Positions 25,716 through 39,170 of a DNA stretch of 64,000 nucleotides are shown piece after piece. The position numbers were made by a program, and so were the translations under genes. This DNA is from Gekko japonicus (taxonomy: Eukaryota): positions 853,525-917,524 of the forward strand of contig NW_015164182.1 of the NCBI RefSeq assembly GCF_001447785.1, in the 5' to 3' direction. The notes under the pieces are model-generated. The model worked only from the letters and a program-made list of their open reading frames with translations. It was not told the DNA's origin and ran no database searches. The first letter of the stretch is position 1. Each line of letters opens with the position of its first letter.

Positions 25716-28700
25716 ATAAACAGGTTGCTTCAAGTGGTCTTCTCTGCAGTACCACACATGGGGTTGGGTGCCTGTGCACGACCTCACCGGAGAAACTTCC
25801 AGAGCTTGCCTCAGAATCCTTTTGGCGGGCTCCCTTCCCCCTCTGGGGAGGAGGCATGCACTGCGCATGCTTGGAGCGGGGAAGAGAGCCACCTCCCACT
25901 CAGTTCCTTCGACCACTACTGGTAAATCTCAACAAAAATCCCGGTAAGTGATTGAGAGATGCCAGGAGAGGGGTAGACTGGATGGGATTGTGGTACTGCA
26001 CAGAAGACCACTCAAAGATCATCAGTTACAAGTAAGCAACCTGTTTATCTCCTTTGTGATCTCTGTGCAGTCCCACACATGGGTAGCTGAACCAGGCGGA
26101 AGAGGGAGCTGGCAGCTTGAAGAAAAGAGAGTTAGTGTGAGATGACCAAACAGAGATCCTACCTAAAGAGAAGGAAGGCGCACAAGAAAAGAGATCGAAG
26201 AACCATGTAGCCAAAAACCGCATCCTGGCGGGCTCAAACACTGACGGCTTAGTGAGACACAAAAGTCGATGGGGAGGACCATGTGGCGGCTGCACAAACT
26301 TTCTCCAACAGGACACTGCCCAGAAAGGCTGTTGATGTCGATACTGCCCTTGTTGAATGAACAGTGATACAGGTGGGTAGGGGTTGCTTTGCAAGCTCAT
26401 AACAGAAGGAGATCGTAGAGATCACCCACTTGGATAGTCTCTGGGAAGAGATGTGTTCCCCCTTCCGTGGCATTCCGTAAGCAACAAACAGTCTTTGGGA
26501 CTTACGGAACAGTCTGGTCCTGTGAAGACAGAAAGTAAGGGCCCTTCAGACATCGAGGGAGTACAGGGCTCACTGAACATTGTCCACTGAATTGGGGGGA
26601 GATGTAGGAAGGGTAGAGGAATTTGAAAAGTGAAAAGCCGAAACCACCATAGGTAAAAAAGTGGGTTCGGTTCGGAGAACAACTTTGTTCTTGTGGAAAA
26701 TCGTATACGGGGGATCAGCCCAAAAGGCAGCCATTTCTCCCATCCAGCAAGCCGTAGTAATGGCAACAAGGAAAGCCATCTTCCATGAAAGTAGACGAAG
26801 ATGGATGGAGGCCAAGGATTTGAAGGGGCAATCCATCAGTTCGGAAAGGACCAGACTCCACGTCAGGACCAAAGGCTTCCGTGGAGGGCACATATGGAGA
26901 ACGCCCTTCAAAAAAGATCTGGTGAGAGGATAAGAGAGTAGTGCCATCTACCAGGGGGTGATGCGCCGAAATAGGTGCCAGGTGAACCTTCAGTGAAGAC
27001 TAGGTAAGACCAGAGTCCTTCAAGGAAAACAATGTAAGAAAAAGCATCCAAGAAAACAGCAGCAGAAGGACTGGAAGAGTTCCAAAAGGCATAAGCTGTG
27101 AATTGAGACCACTTTGCCCAGTATGTATGTCAAGTAGATAGCTTATGGGCATTTAACAGCACCTCTGAAACAGTAAGGGGGAACACTATTGTAGGATCCT
27201 CCAAGCTGTAAGTTTGTAGAATCCAGGATTGTGATGGAGAATCTGACTGCAATGTCAGGAAAGAAGGTCCAGAACTGGAAGCAGTCAGAGGACAACTTTC
27301 CTCGATAGGCAGACCAGGTGAGGAAACCAGGATTGGTGAGGCCACCACGTGGTGATGAGGATGCATGAAGTGGCATCCGCCAGGATCTTGTGCAGCACCC
27401 TGGGAATCAGTGGAAATGGAGGTGGCTGGTCCACTGCTGTAGGAATGTGTGCTCTGGAGACCTCATAGACGGCTGACCCTGAGTGAAGTATCGGGGACAC
27501 TGGGTGTTGCGCTCTGTTGCAAACCCATCTATCGCCAGGTGTCCAAATGCCCAGAAAACAGGACAAAGGTACTTGGGATGGAGAGACCATTACGTTTTGG
27601 AGGTCATCATGTGACTGAGACGATCCCCGTTGACATTGGAGGCACCCAGTACATGAACTGCAGATATGGAGACAGCATGAAGAAGGCACCATTCCCATAA
27701 AGAGATTGCAAGGCGGCATAATTGCCTGGAAGCTGTCCCCCCTTGCTTGTTGATACAGAATACTGTAGCAACATTGTTGGAGGCTATTTGCGCAGTCCTG
27801 CTGACCACTGCCTGATGAAAAGACTTGAGGGCCCAATGGACAGCAATGAGCTCGAGGCAGTTGATGTGGAAATGAATCTCTCAACCAAGTAGCCTGAGCA
27901 GTCAGAGTCCGGCACTGGGCTCCCCAACCCCAGAGCAAGGCCTCTGTGGATACACGGACCTCTGGAGAAGGATGTCAAATGGGCATGCTGCAGAAGAGAT
28001 TTGTCTGAAGGGACCACCATCGAAGGGAAAAGAGAACATCCGGAGGAATGAGGAGAATTCTCTCCAAGGAATGGTGTTGCAATTTGAAGGAGAGAAGAAA
28101 CCATAACTGTAGATGTCTCATTCAAAGACAGGCATTCAGGACAATAAAAATAATTGAGGCGAAGAAGCCCAAAAGCTTCATTATCGATCAAGCGGATTGG
28201 GGAGGACGATGGATGAAAGCCAAAGCAAGGGTGACGATGGAACTTGCATGAGTCTGTGGGAGGAGCGCCATCTTCTGTCTGGGATCAAGAAGAGCCCCCA
28301 GGAACTGCATTGGCTCCAATAAAGACTTTGGGAAGGTGACACAAAGACCGAGGCAGTGAAGAAGGATAAGAGAATTGTGGAGATGTGTGAGGAACTGTGT
28401 CCTCAAAGATGCCACCAAAAGCCAGTCGTCTATAGATGGATAAAGAATGATTCTCTGTTGGTGTAGTTCCCCTGCCACAACAGCCATCGTCTTGGTAAAA
28501 ACTCGAGGAGCAGTGGAAAGGCTGAAGGGACGAACCCAATATTGGTAATGATATGTACCAATTGCAAACCGAAGAAATTTTCGATGCTGAGGTCGGATGG
28601 CAATGTGGAAATAAGCATTGTGAAGGTCGATGGCTGCTAACCATCCATCCTTCAGTAGGAGAGGAAGAATAGATTGAAGGGTGATCATGTGGAATTTTTT

Positions 28701-31472
28701 GTAGCAGACGAATGGGTTCAAGTCTTGGAGATCCATAATCACTTGAACGTCTCCATCTCTTTTGGGGATGGTGAAGTATCGGGAGTAGAACCCGAGAGGC
28801 TGCTGCGCTTCTGGAACAGTCTTGATAGCTCCCTTGAGGAGAAGAGTGCTGACTTCTGCCAGCAGCGATGGTGAAGGTGGAGTGGCGATGAAATGATGGA
28901 AGGCTGGAAGCAAAATGAACTTTATGGCGTATCCCACCAAGATGATGGTCAGGACCCAATTATCGGTGGTAAACTCTTCCCAGGCAGCAAAATGGGGAAG
29001 AAGGCAGATGCCGATCGGTGGGGTGAAAGAAAGAGGAGGAGGAGGCATTCTGTGAGTGAGATGGTCAAACAGACTGTTTGGGTTGATGGGACTGTTTAGG
29101 TGCCTGAGTTTTCAATTTCAAAGAGAATGGTTGGCGAGAATCAAAGGATTTGCGCTTCCATGTAGTAAGTGTTGCAGGAGAAGGCTGATCTTTGGAGTAG
29201 TAAGGCTTCCATTGACGAGACTGAGGACGCTGCAGGGTTGAGTAAAAGACTCTCAGATTCTGTGCCTTCTTGCAGCCATCGTCAACCATCTTCAAGGTGT
29301 CATCGGTGGAAGCATGGAAGAGACCTTCTCCATCCAAAGGCAAGTCTTCAATTATAGACTTGATATCAGGTTGCAGGGAAGTTGATCGCAGCCAAGTGTG
29401 GCGACAAAGAGCGATAGAAGAAGCCAAAGTCTTGGAGGAGCAGGTGGCAGCATGATGTAATGAGGTAATTTGCTGTTTGGAAACTGCACAGATTTCAGAA
29501 AGCACAGCAGAAAGAGTAGGCCAAGCATCTTCTGGCACCGCATCTAAGACAGGTCTCACAGCGGAGGCCACATTGAAAGCATAGACAGCCAGGTAGGAAA
29601 GGTAAGTATCGATGCGTGCATTAATAGAAGAGACGGCATAGATCTTCTTAGCAAGGGAGTCAACCTTGCGGCCTTCCCGATCTGGGGGAACCAACTGTCG
29701 GGGTAATTTCGATTTCGAAGAAGAGTGGACAATCATCGAATTCAGTGGGGGATGATTGAATAAGAATTTACCCTAAGATTTCTGAACCTTATACAGTGCC
29801 TCGTAGCATTTGGAGACAAGAGAAATCAAGGCAGAAGGTCCCAGGAATCCTTCAACACTGACAAATGCACAGGAAGAAGGGGAAGGATGGTAAATGGAGG
29901 TAGCTCAGCTCGCACCAACTTGTGGACAATGTCTGTAACCGTGGACATATCAGTAGCACCCTGCACCTGAATAGTAGACAACCTGGTGATGAGTTCTAAG
30001 TAAGCCTTGGGACCCTTGGTGGGAGAAAGGGACTCCGTACACATGAGATCATCATCTTGAGGGATCACCTTAGTGTCCATGCCGCTAGCGTCAGAGTGAC
30101 CAGAATCAGTATCCGAAGAGATTGATAAGGGCAGTGGAGCAAGCTGAGCAAAAATCTTAGACTGATCATGAATTGTAGAAATCGACTGATCTGGAAGACC
30201 AGAAGGAGCCTTAGGGCCTGGATCCCAAGCATTTGAAGCATCTGGAATTGGAGCATGTAAGTCCAAAGAATGTACAGATGCATAAGAGGGCGAGTGGGCA
30301 CTACAAGATCAAAGGCTGGCATGACGAGGAGGTGTGCACTCACTGTGAACAGAGTGGCGATAATAGCGTGGCGTCAGCGATCTAGAGTAGGAGGGGTGAA
30401 GAGTAGAGTGTTGAGCCCTCCAAGGAGACCAGAATTCCCAAGATTGGGACTGGGATCTTGAGGTAGAATGATAGCGCCTACGCTCCCTGCGGTCCCTAGT
30501 GTGAGCGAGGAGAGCATGACTGGCTCCACAAGAACTGTTTCCTGTCATCCAACAGGTGGAGAGGAGAACAGGAGTCTCTGGAGACAGACCAGCATTTCCA
30601 GACTGAGATTGAAATATAATGGGAAGGCAGAGATTTAGAGAGCCAGAGTCAACACAGGTGGGTCTTTGGAGGCACTGTAGACGCCGGGCGAGCTACCAGG
30701 GTCAATGTTGAGATACCTGAAATGATGACGGGTTCGAGTGTAGGAGCTGGAGCCGAACCTGACCTTTCGATTTCGAGGTTGAAGCTTCAGCAGTCTCCAT
30801 TTTCTTGGATTTATACGGCTTGTTCAGTGGCTTAGACAGAACTACTGGGTCAGAAGGCTTCTGAGCAGGCACTGAAGAGGAATAAGAGGCCACTAAAGAC
30901 ATTCCTGGGCGAAGCGCTGCTTTTAAAAGCACAGCTTCGAGGCATGCCACTCGATTATGTCGGACCTGCTTAGTGAACTTGGCAGTGAGGGTAGGTGTCA
31001 GCTTGGTGCTGTTTCCCAAGACAAATTAGACAAATTGTGCCCATTGTTTGAGGGGAGCTTAGCAGGACGGCGGCAAGACTCCTTAAAAAAGAGAGTTCGG
31101 CCCATACGCACAACTCCCTGACCAAAAGGGAAGGGATGAGGAAAAAGAGAAGTGAAGTAAATTTTTTCTTTAGGGTGAAGACGAAGAAGGAAAAGTCCGA
31201 AGAGGAAAAGAGAAAGGAAAAGTTAGGACAAAGTAAGGGACTTAGCCAAGGTGAAGCGAAGAGACAACAAGGAGAGGAATGAACACAAAGGTGGTTGAAG
31301 AAGAACTGAGTGGGAGGCGGCTCTCTTCCCCGCTCCAGGCATGCGCAGTGCGTGCCTGCTCCTCAGAGTGGGAAGGGAACCCGGCAAAAGGATTTTGAGG
31401 AGTTTCTCTGGTCAGCTCATGCGCAGGTGCCCAACCCCATGTGTGGGACTGCACAGAGACCACAAAGAAGAT
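25716..31472 (-). mobile_element. Full-length (~5.75 kb) but degenerate DIRS1-type retrotransposon in KHDRBS1 intron 5
   Basis: ITRs at ~25735-25915 and ~31290-31472 are inverted, and the ICR lies at ~25985-26085. Gag-like (31105-29065), RT (29048-28188), RNase H/pol tail (~27940-27130) and YR (~27150-26150) fragments are in order. Confidence 0.95.
28188..29048 (-). pseudogene. DIRS reverse transcriptase
   Basis: GFYSRYFTIPKRDG, IDLHNAYFHI, PFSLSTAPRVFTK and YPSIDDWLL (catalytic motif mutated). Confidence 0.9.
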
Positions 31473-31550
31473 CCTCTGGTTTCTGGGAAGCTTGAAAACA
31501 TGAAGCTGATATTCAAGTCCCTCTCTTGAGACAATGAGGACAATTTTCTT

Positions 31551-31689
31551 TTCTTTTTTTTGTTCATTGTTTTTTATTATTTTTCAAAATAACTTTCACA
31601 AAGCAGTTTTCAAATATAGAAATACAATAACAAACATATGCCTTTCCAGTACATAGATCGAAAACAATCGATAAAACTGACCCACCTAA
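31551..31689 (-). mobile_element. Short 5'-truncated TPRT insertion (poly-A tail, 15-bp TSD)
   Basis: TSD GAGGACAATTTTCTT at 31536-31550 and 31690-31704, a T-rich tail on the plus strand, and a TTT/AAGAAAA L1-endonuclease-type site. Confidence 0.75.
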
Positions 31690-32094
31690 GAGGACAATTT
31701 TCTTAAACGAAAGGCAATATTTTGAAGGTCAGATTTTGCACTTTCATGGTGCAGAATACCCAGACCATATGATTATAGGATGAGAACAACTAAAGCTGAT
31801 CTGTAGTTAATGAGAACCCATGGTGGGCAGCAGCATCATGTTGAACCCCTCCCCCCCACCAGGTAGCCAGCTGCATGGCAAGGGGAATGTGGCCTTCCAG
31901 TACAAGAAGGTATCAAGACTAAAAAAAACATATTTATGTTATTTATTGTCCTCCTTTCTCACAGGGACTCTATGTGGATTACATATAGTGAGTTATGACA
32001 ATAAACAAAATGGGACATTCTAGCCAATGCACTAGGATTTTTCTATTGCCTCACCATTTTAGAGAGGCTACCCCAACTGTACATGCTAATTAAA

Positions 32095-32310
32095 GTCAGT
32101 TTGATGTAGTGGTTAAGTGCGCGGGTTTGATTCCCCACTCCTCCACTTGCACCTGCTGGATGACCTTGGGCAAGCCATAGTTCTGGCACAGCTGTTCTTG
32201 AAAAAGAGCAGTTTCTGTCAGAGCTCTCTCAGCCCCACCTACCTCACAGGGTGTCTGTTGTGGGGAGGGGAAGGGCAGGGTATAAATCCAATCTCTTCTT
32301 CTTCTCTTCT
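32095..32310 (+). mobile_element. Squam3-like tRNA SINE
   Basis: TGTAGTGGTTAAG (box A), GGTTTGATTCCC (box B), CAGCCCCACCTACCTCACAGGGTG, and a (TTC)n tail. Confidence 0.75.
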
Positions 32311-32425
32311 AAAAAAACCCTTTCAAGTCTGTACTGCAAATCTCACCTCTTCGAACTAGCACAGATGTAATGCTTCAAGACTGACTGCCACCCTCTTATC
32401 TCCAACAAGATTTGCACTTGTTTAC

Positions 32426-32559
32426 CTTGGAACAGGAGGAGGGGGAGGCACAGCCCCTCTTCCTCGCACAGGAAGCCCCCGGCCACGTGTTGGTTCTGGC
32501 ACTCCGTTAAGATAGGACAGCTCTAAAAACTGTTCCTGGCAGATGTCATCCATCATATC
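32426..32559 (-). CDS. KHDRBS1: KHDRBS1 exon 5
   Basis: DMMDDICQEQFLELSYLNGVPEPTRGRGLPVRGRGAVPPPPPVP, 134 nt. Confidence 0.97.
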
Positions 32560-34259
32560 CTAAGGAACAAAGAGGGAATTCACTTCCAAGGCAAGGAAAA
32601 CTTTTCTCTCATTTGCAGCAGTATTTTGTTCTGCTAGCTACAGGTGGGGGGGGGGGGAGAAGAAGTGACTGCTATGTACAGGGGCTCCCTAAGACACAAA
32701 AGCCACCACAAAACATTTTTTGTGGTCTTTCAGAGCAAGCAAACTCCCTGCTAATCAAAAACTTGGCCTCCCTTGACAGTACGAACTTATTCTTCCTACT
32801 CACTGGAGACAGGAACTGGATTCAGTCCAAAGACAACCACCACCAGTCAACCCAAATTGCCCCTCTCTATCTCTGCTCCATACATTTTGCTCTCCCCAGG
32901 GGGTGCCACTTCAGGCAGTGAGAACAATGTTCCAACAACTGAGGAGCAAGCATTCTGCCCCACACTTGCTAGGAGCTAACACAGCTAGCAATACCAATTG
33001 CTCCAAGGGGATTCTTCAGGATTGAAACAGCAACACTACTAAGGCAGGTTTCCTGCCAAAGGGGCTTTCGCTGACCAGGAGACACAGGTGGCTTTGCAAG
33101 GACTACTTTTGCAAGCATTGCTACACAGCAATATAATTAAAACATGAACCATTTTAAACACACACACAAAGGCTAGCAAAGTTTACAAGTTTTACAAAGC
33201 CAGTGCATACCCCTTCTTCAGAAGCCTCCCTGTGCCAGACATCAGGCTGGAAGAGACAATGAGCTCCCACTCTTCCTGCTACATAGGACTGGTAATTAAG
33301 ATAACTTTCCTGCCAATACAAGTTTCACACATATGTACTAACATGTATATTGGAAACTTTAGTGGCAGAATGGACCCCCCCACCCCACCCTGTGGAATGA
33401 CCGGTATGTGTCTGCAGTGGGCAGTGGAAATTGGAAACTGCCCATTTTGTCTTTATACAACACATAATCTGCATTATCAGAACCCTCCTCAAACTATCAG
33501 ACCGTGGACCTAATAGCTCTTATCTTTCAAAACAGTGCAAAGCCTAGTTTCTCTCTGAAGCCTCTTTTCCAAAGAGAATAACTACGTAGCTCTCATTCAG
33601 CACATTCAATAAACACAGAGGTCTGCAGTTTAGAGTAGATATTCTGATCCAGTAATCAGGGGAGGCCAGGCACTGAAACTGGTTCAGAATCTTTCAGGTG
33701 ACCATTATCAGATAATTCTTTGTAGGATGTGAACTTACACCAACCAACTCTAGTTCTGAAGCCTTCTTTCCAATCCTGGTGTGTGACTGGTGGTGAGATT
33801 TAATATTTAGTCAAAATACTTAACAGCTACTATTCTATCAAAAGTATCAAGACAGCTAGTATGAATAAAAAAATAAAATACCATAACTGGAAACTAAAAA
33901 TATCCAAGCTGAGGGTGTATTCTGACATGACAATAATGTCTTGTCTTAAGCAATTTATTGTACAAGCACTGGTTAGTCTACTAGAGGTCCGGTTTGCTGC
34001 CTGTCTCCTTTCTCAACTCCTATCAAAATCCCAAAATGCTGTTTGGAGCATCTTCATATTGACTGACTACTGGCAACATATTGCTATATCTGCATATATC
34101 TGAGCCGGCCTTGCAGGGAGGGCGGAGTAAAAAATCTAATAAATAAATAAAATATAAATAAACAAACTCACTATTTGCTGGAGATTTTGGGGGCACTCTT
34201 GGCAAAGCTACCTGCCAGCCACATTCCAATTTTGTCTGCTTTCATCCTTCCCCCTTCCT

Positions 34260-37200
34260 GTCTACTCAATCTCATAGCATTCCTTAAACATTTTCCTTCT
34301 TTGAAATAACAATAACAATAATAACAACAACAATAATAAAATAACAATAATAAATAAGAAAAAAGAAGAAGTAAAAAAAATTAAGAGGGGGAAAACAAAG
34401 ATGGAAATAGGCAGTTTCAACTGAGCAGCAGTTGTTTGGGTTAGTTGGTTTAGATAGTGAGTTGGCATTGCTTCTATAATTGAATTGGTTTAGTGTTTAA
34501 AGTTCATGGTTTATTGTTCTCTGTTTCTTCACTCTCTTTAAGTGATATATAGATAAAGATACATAGATATACCCAAGTGTACTAGTTATACAAAATACAT
34601 AGAGGCACCCTAACTTTGGAAAACAAAAAGTAAGAACCTTGGAACTGCATAACCATGTCTGTCCTCAAACTAAGTCAACATCAAGAGTTTGAACAACAAT
34701 ATTAAAAGAGCTAGAGTAATATCTCACATGAAATGGCTGAAACCAGATCTTGTGTTTATATTAGAAACACATGCCAAATCTAAAGATATCCCTTTCTTCA
34801 AATCAAACTGGTTCTCTCATCAATATCAAGCCACGGGTTCCTCCAAAGCCCGGGGCGTGGCAATCTTGATCTCTAAACAAGTCAAATTTGTACATGAGGA
34901 CATGATTTCTGATGACAGGGGACGCTTCCTTTTTGTGAAGGGAATCCTCGGCACTACAAAAATGACACTAGCATCAGTGTACGCCCCAAATACAGCACAA
35001 ATTTCATTTCTGGAGGACACTTTCAAAAGACTTCATATTTTTCAGGATGGAGAATTAATTCTTGGAGGGGACCTGAATTATATCTCAGAAAAAACCCTAG
35101 ATAGACCCTCCCATAAAAAATTAGGCCTAAAGGGGAGCAAAAATTCCAAAAATTCGTTAGCTGGCTTGCTTGACAAATTTCAATTAATGGACGTGTGGAG
35201 GGTAAAAAACCAATCCACTAAGGATTTCACATTTTATTCAGCCCCACATCAAACATACTCCAGGATTGATTACATCCTAACCTCCCCATCTCTCTTAGAT
35301 CAACTCAACTCAATAGAAATAGGTCCTAAAATACTAACAGACCACGCATGGCTGCACGGCTCAATAAATGTTAAACAGGAAAAAACTTCAGAATACAGAT
35401 GGTCTTTTAACAAGTTATTTCTAATAAGGGAATCTACTAAAGAGAAGATAAACAAAGAAATTCAGGAATATTTTCTCAACAACATGCCAGAGGTAGCAAC
35501 TCATATAATCTGGGATGCCATGAAGTCGGTGCTCAGATGCAAGATAATTGCTCTGTCAACACACCTAAAAAAAAGGGGGGGGGGGGGGGGGAAAGATTAT
35601 AGCAGAATCCATGGCAAAAACCAAACAGCTTGAACAAGACTATAAGAGGACCGGAAGTAAGAAAGTCTACAAAGAGTTATTAGCTGAAAGAAAGTTACTT
35701 GAATCAGCAGAGATCTCCCAAATCCAAAAAAAATCTTCTTTACACCAAGCAATAGTATTGGCAGAACTCCCCAAAATCTCTAAAACTGCTTGCTTGGAGA
35801 GTAAAGGATAAAAGGTTAAAATCAAACATTACCCAAATGAGAGACAAGACGGGTGCACTAAGATCTTCCCCTAGGAAGATCGCTGAAATTATGCTCTCTT
35901 TTTAAATCTGTACTCGTCCACTAACCCAAGCCCTGATAATATCCAAAGCTTTTTAACCTCCTCACAGCAACTTTCAGAACAACATAAAACAAATGCTACA
36001 CAACCCAATCTCTGAACAAGAAATGAGAGACACCGTCAAAGGGCTAAAAAATAACATGGCCCTGGGGAATGACGGTTTCACCTCTGATTTTTATAAAGCC
36101 TTCATCCCGGTCCTAGCCAAACCTCTGACAGAAGTCTGCAACATCATAATGAGCGGGATAATGCCACCTTCTTGGTCCCCTGCTTTGTCAATCCCTATCC
36201 CAAAAGAAAACAAAGATCCATCTCAACCATCCTCATACAGACCTATCGCCCTGTTAAACCAAGATTACAAGGTGTTTACGTCAGTGCTAGCTAACAGGCT
36301 GAAAAAAATAGTGGCCTACTATGTCAAGGGAGACCAAACTGGGTTTATACCCAAAGAAATATAGCTGATAACATCTGAAGAACGCTCAACATAGTTAACT
36401 ACTGTAAGGGTAAACAGAAAGAAGCCTTGATCCTCAGCTTAGACATGGCAAAGGCCTTTGACTCCGTGGAACCGCTATACAAACACAGGGGAAACCGCCA
36501 GGGATGCCCACTCTCCCCAACTCCTATTTGCTATTGCGATAGAGCCACTAGCAGAAGCAATAAGAAAATATAAAAACATATCCAGAATAAGAATTGGGGA
36601 ATCTGAACATAAAATCGCCCTTTATGCTGACGGCCTGGTTCTTTATCTCTCAAACCCAACAAGTTCTCTAAATTTTTTGCACAACAAATTAAAACAATTT
36701 AGTCAGATCTCTGGACTGAAAGTCAACCAAAGTAAGTTTGACATATACCCAACAAATCTCTCCTCTGAGCCCACACAAAAAAGTTTAACTGGATTACAAC
36801 AGTTTGGCGTCACCTGGGAGCCTTCATTCTTCTTGACTTAAACACACTCCACAAGCATAATTTCGGCAAAGTATACAAGGAAGTAAGTGCTCAACTGCAG
36901 GAATGGAATAAACTCAAACTGTCTTGGTCAGATAGATCGCATCTAATCAAAAGCTTTATTCTACCCAAATTCACATTTCTATTTAGAACTCTGCCAATAG
37001 AGATAATGGATGCATCGTTCAGAACATGGCAAAAAACAATCAATAGTTTTTTTTCTGGGCCTATAGAAAACCCAGGGTAAGCAAGATTCTCCTGAGCAGA
37101 TCTCCAAAGTTTGGTGGGTTAGCTTTCCCTGATCACGCAGCAAATCTAGCCCAAATATTAAAAATGCTACACAAAGATTCAGAGGAAAAATGGATACAAA

Positions 37201-38180
37201 TAGAGCAATCAAATTTGTCTCCCTTCACAATACAAGAAACTATCTGGGCAAGAACAGCCAACAGACCCCCCCCCCCCCAATATTAAAAACAATTCCTTCT
37301 ACCTCTCTGAAAATTTGGGATCGTAGGAAAACACATCTACAGAAAAACTCTCCAGTAGCAGTCTTGACAAACAAGGACTGGTCTGTATCAGGAAAAGATC
37401 ACCATTCCACGTGAGAATGGCTTAATGCGGGAATAGCCCGTCCAACAGACTGGATGCATAAAGGGAAAATTATGGAGAAGGATCTCCTGGAGAGAAAAGC
37501 TCAAATCGGAGTTCACTGGTTTAGGTATTTTCAAGCTAGAGACCTCATAGAGAAACTTATCTGAACAGGCAAATCTTTTACTCAATTGACTGAGTTCAAA
37601 AACTATGATGGTGAATCAAAGGGTTTGGGTTCCTTGTTACAGCAAATCTTGCTCAAAAATCTAAATATTGGAAGATTAAATTGACAAAAAAAAAATGGCA
37701 AGAGGATCTTGATAGAGAACTTCCAGACTCATTTTGGCAACAGGTCTGGCAAGCCCCTTCGAGCAAATCAAAGGTTTTCAATATTAACTTCCAATTTTTT
37801 AAAAATAAAATAAGTGGTTTCAAATAATTCAGTTTCTCTCAGAAAAAGAGGTGGTCCCCTCCTTTGTTAAAGATCATCACTGGCTCTGTTTCTGAATGCT
37901 CATCGGTTAATATTGCTACTAACCTGGCTATACTGCCTCCCTTGTGATACACTCTTTGTTAATTGGTGTTCATTGTCTCTTTGTGTCTGTATGCATTGAG
38001 GTTACTTAAGTGACTTACCTGTCAAAAGCACAGAAAGACTAGTTCTTGTGCAAATTAATGCCCTCTATGTTATTTGAATATTAAGTGGTGTTTGTTGTAA
38101 CATTTGCTTTTTATCTCATCATTGCTATATTCTGGTTTGTATATTGCTAAATATAAAATAAAAATGAAAAAAGGGAAAAA
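34260..38180 (+). mobile_element. Degenerate L1-clade LINE (ORF2 APE-RT), with internal RT deletion
   Basis: APE 34689-35633 (ILETH, KARGVAIL, SVYAPN, GGDLN, SRIDY, TDH). RT fragments include GNDGFTSDFYK, YRPIALLNQDYK and ALYAD. A-rich 3' end near 38170. Confidence 0.88.
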
Positions 38181-38229
38181 ACACATGATCACAGCTAGTT
38201 CAGGCAGGCAGCTGTGTTGGTATGAAGCA

Positions 38230-38373
38230 GTAGAACAAAGTTTGAGTCCAGTGGCACCTTTAAGACCAACGAAGTTTTATTCAAGGTATGAGCTTGCATG
38301 CACATGAAAGCTCATACCTTCAATAAAACTCTGTTGGTCTTAAAGGTGCCACTGGACTCAAACTTTGTTCTAC
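38230..38373. repeat. Near-perfect 144-bp palindrome derived from Penelope-like termini
   Basis: Arms 38230-38295 and 38308-38373 are reverse complements with few mismatches. Confidence 0.85.
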
Positions 38374-39023
38374 AGTCACTCAAGGGAGAAAGGTGTGGAA
38401 TGTTTTTGGAAACAAGCTGCAGTGTCTATGATGGCAAACTCGGCAAAAGCACAGAAATGAGTTCCTTTTGTCCCACAGGAAAAGGCTTGAGCCACACAGT
38501 AATGGTTTCTGAGTCAGTGCTAACAGAGAAGTGGGCACAGTGATAAGGCTTGGAGGCAAGTTGGGGAAGCAGTAGCCAATGCCTCAGAAGCAGCCAGGGG
38601 TCGACCACTCTAAGCCACCAACTCTATTCCTGGATCCATAAAAATCTGTTTGTTCCAAATTTAGATAAAACAATGTCCCAGTTAGTACAAGGTACAGTTA
38701 AATCAATTAAGAATTCCAATTTATCACTCCAAAGCAAAGAGTTGTTGGAAGGGGGGCATTTGAACATCCCAGCTAACTGCACTTTAAATCAAGCCACTGT
38801 TTGCAAGATCTAAGCGCTGCCTAAACAGGAACTAAAATCAAACCCACATCCTTCCCCATTCCTACTTATGTAAATAAACCAAGTTGAACTAGATGTTAGG
38901 AGAAGAGTCCTTCACATGCTATGTTCTCAGTCTCCTTTACTTTACCACCACTTTGCATGCATGTAACAAAACTTGTCTGGACCAAACCTATTTCTCAGAT
39001 TGATCAGAAAGAGGGTTACATAC

Positions 39024-39170
39024 TGGAACAAGGAACTTCTTGACCTCTTCCATGGCATGGGCCATTAGAGCATAGGCCTCGCAAGGTGGCCCAAAGACTT
39101 CAATGAAGACATGCAGGTCCATATTTAAGTGAGCATACTTCGGATCACCTCCTTTGCGCAATTCCTCTTC
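39024..39170 (-). CDS. KHDRBS1: KHDRBS1 exon 4
   Basis: [49 protein letters not shown], 147 nt. Confidence 0.98.

Noticed and set aside
25716-25740. Selective loss of the CAGGTAAG splice donor in sense-oriented DIRS termini
   Set aside because: Element 2's own ICR already reads CAAGTAAG, and element 1 retains a sense-oriented donor in its ICR, so three copies show no consistent pattern.
32095-32145. tRNA gene
   Set aside because: Only box A/B-like SINE heads are present, with no complete cloverleaf.
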